From positions 1 to 24,450 of IMG/VR virus record IMGVR_UViG_3300031519_000212: a DNA stretch of 24,450 nt; one strand, written 5' to 3'. Origin of the DNA: a virus (taxonomy: Duplodnaviria > Caudoviricetes). Under the pieces are notes generated by a model. That model was not told the origin of the DNA. It saw only the letters and a list, made by a program, of their open reading frames with translations, and did not search any database. The position numbers were made by a program, and so were the translations under genes. Below, piece by piece: positions 18,033 through 24,130 of this stretch (position 1 is the first letter of the stretch; each line of letters opens with the position of its first letter).

Positions 18033-18332
18033 TTAGTTTAGTGAAATACCTAAGTCTCCGAGAAGTCCATCGAGGGAATCTTCATCAGGCTGGTACATTG
18101 CGTCCATCAATTCTTTAATTACTTCTAGCTCGTCCCTACTGTCTAGGTGAAAACTGTACATCGTCTTTACTTGTGCGGTCTCCTCTTCTGAGTCCATGTC
18201 ATCTTCATCAAAAAGACCGATAACTACAGAAGCAAGAAGGCGATCTTTAACTTCGAACTCCTCAATTAGCTCCTCCATCTTTTTTACCAAATGGTACATC
18301 TCCGCCAGGAACTGTGTGTCTTTGCCTTCCAT
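18033..18332 (-). CDS. Highly acidic hypothetical protein (99 aa)
   Basis: About 28 D/E versus about 8 K/R by hand count; first gene after the 18353-18360 promoter. Confidence 0.7.
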   Translation of the reverse strand: MEGKDTQFLAEMYHLVKKMEELIEEFEVKDRLLASVVIGLFDEDDMDSEEETAQVKTMYSFHLDSRDELEVIKELMDAMYQPDEDSLDGLLGDLGISLN

Positions 18333-18336
18333 GATA

Positions 18337-18344
18337 TAACTTTG
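18337..18344 (+). promoter_or_regulatory. -7 promoter element TAACTTTG for the wHTH-like gene
   Basis: TAnnTTTG 27 nt upstream of ATG 18372. Confidence 0.6.
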
Positions 18345-18352
18345 TTGTATTC

Positions 18353-18360
18353 CAAATATA
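18353..18360 (-). promoter_or_regulatory. -7 promoter element TATATTTG for the packaging operon
   Basis: TAnnTTTG 20 nt upstream of ATG 18332. Confidence 0.7.
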
Positions 18361-18371
18361 CAACTTTAATT

Positions 18372-18788
18372 ATGCCAAAGTCTGAAGTAAAGAAGTCAAA
18401 ACTATTTAGAGAGTCGTCAAAACTTACTGACAAGTACGTAAAGCACAACTACCTAAAGAATATTAGGAACGTCAAGACTGAATTCATCTTAAAGAACAAG
18501 ATACCTGGAAACTGGTTAGACTTTATGCTATGGACATATGACTTAGAATTCTTTACTATATGGTACGCGGCGGACGAGTACGGAATGTATAAAGACAACC
18601 TAGCAGACAGATTAATCTACCCTATGCTAAAAGAAGGGTATCTCTACAAGCACTTCGATAAACTTACTCCGTCTCAGACAAGGGAAGATCACTTGTTTCG
18701 TGATGAGACGAAATACAACTACCGTGTAAGATATGCGCTATCGCAGAAAGGCAGAATGGCGGTACAGCGTTTTTACAACAGCCTTTAG
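18372..18788 (+). CDS. Putative winged-helix DNA-binding protein (138 aa)
   Basis: Start moved to ATG 18372 (MPKSEV). The pattern PMLKEGYLYK...YALSQKGRMAV resembles the MarR/PadR-type wing motif YxL[ST]xKG. Confidence 0.6.
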   Translation: MPKSEVKKSKLFRESSKLTDKYVKHNYLKNIRNVKTEFILKNKIPGNWLDFMLWTYDLEFFTIWYAADEYGMYKDNLADRLIYPMLKEGYLYKHFDKLTPSQTREDHLFRDETKYNYRVRYALSQKGRMAVQRFYNSL

Positions 18789-18919
18789 CGGCCTTGACCA
18801 CGGTATGATTTCTTGTAGTTTTTGCTGTCTTTATTGCTGGAGGTCTTTGTCTTTGAGTGAACCCCTGGTCTAGATACAGACGCCCCGCTAGGAGCACTGT
18901 CGTTTAGTTGCTTTGCCAT
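18785..18919 (-). CDS. Small basic protein (44 aa) ending KKSYRGQGR
   Basis: Not in the ORF track: MAKQLNDSAPSGASVSRPGVHSKTKTSSNKDSKNYKKSYRGQGR. ATG is 1 nt after the endolysin stop; the YRGQGR tail is typical of small aquatic-phage proteins. Confidence 0.75.
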   Translation of the reverse strand: MAKQLNDSAPSGASVSRPGVHSKTKTSSNKDSKNYKKSYRGQGR

Positions 18920-18920
18920 A

Positions 18921-19403
18921 TTAAATTACTTTATAGTATACTCCTTTAACGTCGCGGTATGCCCGCTTGACTTGTTTTCTGTTAGCTGGCTGATTCGGAG
19001 CGTAAGACGCTTCGTTTTTGTACGATACATGAACCCAGTCTGGAGATTCGTCATCTCCGAACTCCCAGATCAGCTGATCGAATGTAAGGTTCTCTTTAAT
19101 AAAACGAAACAACTCTCTATTGGTTACCCTGCCGTATACATCGGCATCGATATCCAAAGCCTGCCCTGATTTATGCTGAGAGTACTTACTCCCTCCGATA
19201 GCCTTATTTAATTCTTTACACCTAAACCCAGAAGATATATATAAAGGAACTCCGAAGTGATCTCGTAGCGGCTGAAACACTTCTTCTGCAATAGCTTTAA
19301 GGTTTTTAATATCAAATTCTTCAGGGCTGTTGTCTATCCCCAGACGATTTGCCGTATTTGATTTCGTTACTTCCTTTAGGGTGAGGTTTTTGCTTAGCTT
19401 CAT
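18921..19403 (-). CDS. Peptidase M15 family endolysin (Zn peptidase)
   Basis: SGFRC..LN..IGGSKYSQH..GQALD and WVHVSY zinc-ligand motifs. Confidence 0.9.
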   Translation of the reverse strand: MKLSKNLTLKEVTKSNTANRLGIDNSPEEFDIKNLKAIAEEVFQPLRDHFGVPLYISSGFRCKELNKAIGGSKYSQHKSGQALDIDADVYGRVTNRELFRFIKENLTFDQLIWEFGDDESPDWVHVSYKNEASYAPNQPANRKQVKRAYRDVKGVYYKVI

Positions 19404-19508
19404 TGAATTTATTTTTTTCTGCTACCCAAGCTGGGTTGATTCTCTTGATCGACGGGTTGAAATAATACTTTTTCAATCTACGATTGGTTAACTGATCTGG
19501 ATCTCGGA

Positions 19509-19540
19509 TTAGGAAAAACGAAAACTTTGCCGTACCTTGA
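19509..19540 (+). promoter_or_regulatory. Variant -33/-7 promoter
   Basis: TTAG-N20-TACCTTGA; aligns with the 22846-22877 early promoter, including the spacer (GGAAAAACGAAAA vs GGAATAACGGAAAA). Confidence 0.45.
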
Positions 19541-19585
19541 GATCAGCGAAACCAAAAATACAACAAACCAATTAATTCAATCGCC

Positions 19586-19930
19586 ATGAAAAACTTTCTT
19601 TTAATCCTTGCCCTTGCAGTATCCGTTACTGCTGTCTCTCAAAACGACAACTTCTTTCAAGAGAAGGCGTCTGTAAAGCTTTTCTTTAAAGCAGACTTGA
19701 ACGTCGATTACATCGTTGTAATGCCTGAAGATCTGAGCAACGTATACAACGGGGTCCGAAACGTAGATTATGAAAACGCAATTACGTTCCTTTCTCCTGG
19801 AGATTTTGTAGCGGTAGGAGTTTCTTACAACGAAGACGGATCTTACAGCCCTCTCACATGCTTAAAGCCATTTACGGTCTCAGACGAGACAGTAAGTTTA
19901 AGTACAATTACACTAGTAAGCGGTCAGTAA
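19586..19930 (+). CDS. Exported protein with Sec signal peptide (114 aa)
   Basis: MKNFLLILALAVSVTAVS|Q: n/h/c regions with Gln at +1; opposite strand to its neighbours. Confidence 0.75.
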   Translation: MKNFLLILALAVSVTAVSQNDNFFQEKASVKLFFKADLNVDYIVVMPEDLSNVYNGVRNVDYENAITFLSPGDFVAVGVSYNEDGSYSPLTCLKPFTVSDETVSLSTITLVSGQ

Positions 19931-20443
19931 TTAAAGCTGTCCGCTCTCCATCATTCTAGCAATGATCTCGGCAAACTCTCCTTCTCGCAACATTGGCGGG
20001 AGAGAAGTTTTGTCTTGAGATTCTTTTGTTGCCCAAGCCTGATTTCCTAACCTGTTAATCTTGTCGTCATAATAAGCTCCAGCTTTGCGTTGAGCAGAGC
20101 TTCCTTTTCCTGCGGCAAAACCAGCATTAGTTCCTTGGTAATCAGAATTAGATCTGTTGAACATTAAACGGGGGTCTCTAAAGTCTCCTAGATCTGCCGT
20201 TGTTCTTCTTTCTGACTTAAGATCAGACATACGCTCCTTTGCTTCTCGCCCTGTAAGAGGACTTCCTCCCCTAGAGCTTAAAGCCTTTAGGGCGTCCATA
20301 AGCTCTCTTACGTCTCCTGGCTCTACAGCGCTGTCCTCAATAGGGCCACCTCCATTTTCATACACCTTACCACCGTTCATATATGACTCAATCATCTTAT
20401 AGAGATCGGCCTGACCACCCTGATTGTACTTAGCTGCTTTCAT
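19931..20443 (-). CDS. Hypothetical protein with YxxGG repeats (170 aa), candidate internal virion protein
   Basis: Start moved to ATG 20443 (MKAAKYNQGG), 4 nt after TATATTTG; this also removes the overlap with 20463..20702. Confidence 0.7.
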   Translation of the reverse strand: MKAAKYNQGGQADLYKMIESYMNGGKVYENGGGPIEDSAVEPGDVRELMDALKALSSRGGSPLTGREAKERMSDLKSERRTTADLGDFRDPRLMFNRSNSDYQGTNAGFAAGKGSSAQRKAGAYYDDKINRLGNQAWATKESQDKTSLPPMLREGEFAEIIARMMESGQL

Positions 20444-20447
20444 AGTG

Positions 20448-20455
20448 CAAATATA
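20448..20455 (-). promoter_or_regulatory. -7 promoter element TATATTTG
   Basis: 4 nt upstream of ATG 20443. Confidence 0.75.
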
Positions 20456-20462
20456 ATGCTTT

Positions 20463-20702
20463 TTATTTCTTTCTTTTAAGCCATCCTTTAAGCCTGCTCT
20501 TCTCTCTACGGCCTCGGTTAGTAGACTGTTCCTCCATCGTCGTACTCCCGTTGGCCTGGTGAGATACATCAAGGCCATCTCCGTTACCATACGTACCCGC
20601 CTCCCTGTTCTTCCGATTGAGATCCACCCTATAAGCGATCTTTTCTGGTGAAGACTGGAACTTCTTGTACTCGTCTTTATAGTCTCTTTTCTTGGCTCTC
20701 AT
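20463..20702 (-). CDS. Small basic HNH-like protein (79 aa)
   Basis: RDYKDEY...GDGLDVSH...STNR resembles the compact phage HNH-like family (DVxH...NR); possibly degenerate. Confidence 0.6.
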   Translation of the reverse strand: MRAKKRDYKDEYKKFQSSPEKIAYRVDLNRKNREAGTYGNGDGLDVSHQANGSTTMEEQSTNRGRREKSRLKGWLKRKK

Positions 20703-21187
20703 CGGTTTATGCCTTCGTTGTAAATACGCAGATACTCTTCTGGTGTCTTATTCACCCCTGGGGCCTGAAAAGATGTGTTATCTCTGATAGACCCAAAGTA
20801 CTTCCTAGCGCCCTGCCTCCCCAAGAAATGACTTAAAGCGGCCACCTCATCAGGACGGAAGTCCCATTCCTCTCCTAGCTGCCCTTTATACTCCTCTTCT
20901 AGGTCCTCTGCATTACGAGACAAGCTAGGACCCCCGATACCCTCGTTGATCCTCATGTTCATAAACATCTCCTGAAGGTCTGGGTTGTTAATAAGGCTGT
21001 CCCTACTCACCCCCTGCATAGGTTCTAGATCTTTGATCTGATTGTACAGCTGACCATACTTACCCGTAGCAGAGCTAGTAGGGTTCTTCATAAACAAAGG
21101 ATTACCCCCTCGGCTCTCAGCCCATCCAACCCCTTTCTTTAACTTCTTGGGATCTATAGGGTCGCCATTTGATCGAACAGCCCTCAT
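20699..21187 (-). CDS. Lysozyme-like/lytic transglycosylase-like protein (162 aa)
   Basis: AESRGG (catalytic Glu-Ser) ...NPTSSATGKYGQL... AALSHFLGRQGA matches the SLT-like motif layout. Confidence 0.65.
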   Translation of the reverse strand: MRAVRSNGDPIDPKKLKKGVGWAESRGGNPLFMKNPTSSATGKYGQLYNQIKDLEPMQGVSRDSLINNPDLQEMFMNMRINEGIGGPSLSRNAEDLEEEYKGQLGEEWDFRPDEVAALSHFLGRQGARKYFGSIRDNTSFQAPGVNKTPEEYLRIYNEGINR

Positions 21188-21188
21188 A

Positions 21189-21257
21189 TCACTTACAGCC
21201 GCAAAGGTTGACGTTAGCTAAAGAGCAAATAGCACAGATGGATTGATCTTTTCTCAT
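21189..21257 (-). CDS. 22-aa Cys-rich micro-protein MRKDQSICAICSLANVNLCGCK
   Basis: Fills the gap exactly, with TGA-T-ATG junctions on both sides. Confidence 0.6.
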   Translation of the reverse strand: MRKDQSICAICSLANVNLCGCK

Positions 21258-21258
21258 A

Positions 21259-21483
21259 TCAGTTGTTTTTTAAAAGAACTTTTTTAACGGACTTAATTGT
21301 ATCTTTTTTTCTTTTAAAGGCTTCCTTTACGTTCTTTTTAGCTTGAGGCTTTTGACCTTCAAAAATAAAACCTCCAGACTTGTCGTAAGATCTAATTGTT
21401 TTTTTTCCGACTTTCTTTTCAGTACGGGCGCTCTTCATTTGATCCCTAGCTGTTTGCCGTATTTGCTTTTTTACTGCCTTCAT
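21259..21483 (-). CDS. Very basic small protein (74 aa)
   Basis: Lys-rich, MKAVKK N-terminus; first gene of the leftward block. Confidence 0.7.
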   Translation of the reverse strand: MKAVKKQIRQTARDQMKSARTEKKVGKKTIRSYDKSGGFIFEGQKPQAKKNVKEAFKRKKDTIKSVKKVLLKNN

Positions 21484-21487
21484 ATCA

Positions 21488-21495
21488 CAAAGATA
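21488..21495 (-). promoter_or_regulatory. -7 promoter element TATCTTTG
   Basis: 4 nt upstream of ATG 21483. Confidence 0.7.
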
Positions 21496-21496
21496 A

Positions 21497-21648
21497 ACAA
21501 AGAAGCTTATATGCTTTCTTGTGTTTAAACCCTAAAAACCAAGAGGACAGTCTTTGCGCCACCACAACATTAAGCTACTTTGTCTCTGCGTTTACGCCAT
21601 AATGCCCAATTGGGTTTATGTGCTCAGGAGTGTCGTTCCTAATTTGCT
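21497..21648 (-). ncRNA. Candidate structured small RNA
   Basis: No plausible ORF; a run of hairpins downstream of a TTG-N20-TACCTTCG promoter-like element. Confidence 0.3.
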
Positions 21649-21652
21649 TTAG

Positions 21653-21683
21653 CGAAGGTACAACAAAAAAACTACAAAGTCAA
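21653..21683 (-). promoter_or_regulatory. Variant -33/-7 leftward promoter
   Basis: Minus strand TTG-N20-TACCTTCG (one mismatch to TAnnTTTG). Confidence 0.45.
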
Positions 21684-22050
21684 GCCCCAAATGCATATGT
21701 GTAAAATTATTTTTTCGACTACTATAAGCCTTAATGACAGCCTATAATCAGATCGCAATACGCAAACCCCGTGGCCAAACGCAAAAAAGCCCAGTAATAC
21801 AGAGTTTGGGGATAATGTATAGTTACACACGATGCGCACACGTACCCGAAACGTATCCGCCCGACCCCGTACCGCGCATATATCGTGCGATGCCGCATAC
21901 ATTTCAGCTTTAGGTAACAGCAGTCAACCTGTTGTAAAGCAGTGAGTTACCGACGTTGGTTAAAGTAGCTGTTGAAGTAAGCTAGGCTAAGTAGCAGTAT
22001 TCCAAGGCAGGACAATCCCTCACCTAACCCTATACTCGACCTCCAGCCTT

Positions 22051-22151
22051 CACGCATGCATGCGCATATACACCCATCATGACGTACACATGACATGTAC
22101 ATGCCTGATCACAGCTGCGGATTTCGCGTGATTTCGCAGTTGCATTATGCG
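22051..22151. repeat. Palindrome / alternating purine-pyrimidine cluster
   Basis: CGCATGCATGCG, TCATGA, CATGTACATG, TGATCA, CAGCTG; six CATG in 50 bp; GATTTCGC twice. Confidence 0.7.
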
Positions 22152-22186
22152 TAGGAAAATGGCAGGTGAAATCAGTTCCACCAAAA

Positions 22187-22219
22187 TTTGAGATTGTGCT
22201 TTTCCTCGCCGTATCTTTG
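22187..22219 (+). promoter_or_regulatory. Early host-type promoter (-33 TTTG, -7 TATCTTTG)
   Basis: TTTG-N21-TAnnTTTG, the Bacteroidota primary-sigma consensus. Confidence 0.8.
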
Positions 22220-22258
22220 TGGCTCAGCAATTCCGCTGAAATCTAAATCTCTTATGTC

Positions 22259-22816
22259 ATGTCGAAGACATCACAACCCATCCGTATCGAGCTGCTTAAG
22301 CAGTTGAAGTCCAACGTCAATAGCTTTGCTTTTACTCCTACGGAGTCTAAGCGAGAGGCGGTGCAGAAATCCATCGAAGCCCTTCAGGGCTTCCTTGAAG
22401 CTGTCAAGGTCGTTGCCGCGAAGCCAAAGGCTTCTAAGCCAAAGTCAGCTAAGAAGCCGAAGGCTACTAAGCGAAAGCCGACCAAAGCGGTCAAACGTCC
22501 GAAGCGTACATCTGAAGCGGGTCTTGAGCTTGCTCAAGCTAAGGGCGGTATCGGAATTGGCGAAGCCAAGAAGACCAAAGTAGTCAGTGCCATCACAGGG
22601 GGTGCAGCACAAGCACTTGAGCAGCGTATGGAAATCCCTGCTCCAGAGCCGAAGGCTAAGAAGAAAGCGGTATTGGAAGTGTTTACACTTCTCGATGGTG
22701 AGTCGCCACAAGATGCCGTTCGTCGTCGCCGCCTAGAGCAAGAGCAGGAGCGTACTGCACTTGAGGCTGAGGCGTTGATGAGCGATGCACCTACCTTCGA
22801 CGATTGCCCCTTCTGA
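22259..22816 (+). CDS. First early protein: K/A/P-rich histone-like linker and C-terminal DDCPF tail
   Basis: 185 aa containing KPKASKPKSAKKPKATKRKPTKAVKRPKR and ending TFDDCPF. Confidence 0.75.
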   Translation: MSKTSQPIRIELLKQLKSNVNSFAFTPTESKREAVQKSIEALQGFLEAVKVVAAKPKASKPKSAKKPKATKRKPTKAVKRPKRTSEAGLELAQAKGGIGIGEAKKTKVVSAITGGAAQALEQRMEIPAPEPKAKKKAVLEVFTLLDGESPQDAVRRRRLEQEQERTALEAEALMSDAPTFDDCPF

Positions 22817-22845
22817 AAACTTACCCTTTAGGGTATAAAATTAAA

Positions 22846-22877
22846 TTTGGAATAACGGAAAATCTGTTATACCTTTG
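22846..22877 (+). promoter_or_regulatory. Early host-type promoter (-33 TTTG, -7 TACCTTTG)
   Basis: TTTG-N20-TAnnTTTG with an AT-rich upstream tract. Confidence 0.8.
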
Positions 22878-22918
22878 TAACCGACGGCAACGATGCTGTC
22901 ACTCAAAATCTCTTAGCT

Positions 22919-23068
22919 ATGCATAACACAAGCAAGCACACGGCGATGAACGCCTTATTCTCCGATGTTCAATTCCTCAGTATGGACGTAGTCCGTAACA
23001 CATCCCAATGGGATGCACTCACTTGCGATGAGCAGATGAGGTTGGAAGACCTTGTTGGCACTCTGTAA
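22919..23068 (+). CDS. Small early protein (49 aa, MHNTSKHTAM...)
   Basis: Not in the ORF track; follows the promoter and an AAATCTCT leader. Confidence 0.6.
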   Translation: MHNTSKHTAMNALFSDVQFLSMDVVRNTSQWDALTCDEQMRLEDLVGTL

Positions 23069-23103
23069 GAGTGTAACACACCGACCTACCCAAGGTCATC
23101 ACA

Positions 23104-23160
23104 TAGCAGAACGGGACTACTAACGTAGTGTGACATCAGGGTTCGACTCCCTGACTGCTA
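23104..23160 (+). ncRNA. tRNA-like mini element (acceptor-like stem plus canonical T-arm, no D-stem)
   Basis: TAGCAG aacggg ACTAC taac GTAGT gtgaca TCAGGG ttcgact CCCTGA CTGCTA. Confidence 0.6.
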
Positions 23161-23182
23161 CTAATTCTAAATCTCTAATCCT

Positions 23183-23332
23183 ATGGATTACAATCACTTT
23201 CTTGAATTCTCACTTAGTGAGATGGTAGAGGCGTATACGTACTTTACCGACATACATGACTATGAGGGGTGCCGCTTAGTAGGCGAAGCCTTTCACAAAA
23301 CAACTTCAGTTGAATTTAAAAACATAATATGA
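23183..23332 (+). CDS. Small early protein (49 aa, MDYNHFLEFS...)
   Basis: Not in the ORF track; TCTAAATCTCT leader and ATGA overlap with the next gene. Confidence 0.65.
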   Translation: MDYNHFLEFSLSEMVEAYTYFTDIHDYEGCRLVGEAFHKTTSVEFKNII

Positions 23333-23790
23333 TGAATAGACTAATATTTGATGCGGCTTGCCGCTTGGCTTATGGCAAGACCATGATGGACGGGGGATCG
23401 ACCGTGACCACAAAAGATTCTTTTTGGTATGAAATACCAACCGAGGGCTATGTAGTTGGCGGTTTATGGGAGGAAGTCAAGCTTCCGAAGGAGATTTGCA
23501 CTCCGAATCTGTTCCGTTCTGTATGGATGCGATACATGGAGCAAGCGACTAAGATTTGCCAAGGCGAAGGTCCTTTTGCGAACTATACTGTAAGTATAGG
23601 AACTTGGATTGATTCCGATGGTGCTGTTGTCTTCGACATTGCTGAGATATTCACAGACAGCGAGCATGACGACGGGACTCTTGCAAGTGTAAGAGCGATG
23701 GACAGATGTGTCCAGCGTGACGAAGATGCGATGTACGACCTTGCCAACCACAAAGACATTCCTAACCCTGCAAAGACGAAAAAAGCATGA
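23329..23790 (+). CDS. Early protein (153 aa), possibly SAM-lyase-like fold
   Basis: PTEGYVVG...IGTWIDSDGAVVFDI...A...AMYDL pattern of a common phage early family; function is inference. Confidence 0.5.
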   Translation: MMNRLIFDAACRLAYGKTMMDGGSTVTTKDSFWYEIPTEGYVVGGLWEEVKLPKEICTPNLFRSVWMRYMEQATKICQGEGPFANYTVSIGTWIDSDGAVVFDIAEIFTDSEHDDGTLASVRAMDRCVQRDEDAMYDLANHKDIPNPAKTKKA

Positions 23791-23951
23791 GTTTATATCA
23801 CGAAGACGAACTTTACCTCTATGGTAAAACAATTGAATCAGGTGAATGGTCAAAGCTAACGCTTTGCAGGTCACTTTGGGAGCGTAACTCCCGATACGAG
23901 TTCTTTAGAAGCCAAAAGGCTTATAACGATTTTAAATGGGAGTCAGTATGA
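23787..23951 (+). CDS. Small early protein (54 aa, MSLYHEDELY...)
   Basis: Not in the ORF track; ATGA overlaps at both ends. Confidence 0.7.
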   Translation: MSLYHEDELYLYGKTIESGEWSKLTLCRSLWERNSRYEFFRSQKAYNDFKWESV

Positions 23952-24130
23952 ATGATTACGAAGTACCTGATTACCGAGCGAACATGACAGACGAAGAGTA
24001 TAGGCTGTTCCTTCGGGCTATATGCAATCGCTTAGAGGCTCAATGCAAGGGTATCATATCACACGATCCTCCGAAGGAGCGACCTAAGCCAAACAAATTT
24101 TTAAATCCATTCTTAATAATGTCAACATGA
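23948..24130 (+). CDS. Small early protein (60 aa, MNDYEVPDY...)
   Basis: Start moved to the ATGA overlap at 23948. Confidence 0.65.
   Translation: MNDYEVPDYRANMTDEEYRLFLRAICNRLEAQCKGIISHDPPKERPKPNKFLNPFLIMST

Noticed and set aside
18664-18897. 77-aa minus-strand track ORF
   Set aside because: It overlaps the wHTH-like gene; the 44-aa frame 18785..18919 fits the gene packing better.
19321-19476. Possible TTG-start ORF (LKKYYFNPSIKR...) overlapping the endolysin start
   Set aside because: Non-ATG start, about 80 nt of overlap and no supporting motif.
21672-22230. Track ORFs 21672..21902 and 22030..22230
   Set aside because: They lie in the repeat/palindrome region, have atypical composition and no leader, and one overlaps the early promoter.
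22198-22245. TTCCTCGC resembling the HDV-like/theta ribozyme L3 loop
   Set aside because: No P1/P3 pairing can be built and the sequence is the spacer of a consensus promoter. There is also no ribozyme after the tRNA 3' end.
22822-22835. TACCCTTTAGGGTA inverted repeat as a terminator
   Set aside because: Short stem without a plus-strand U-tract. It could be an operator, but a single copy gives no support.
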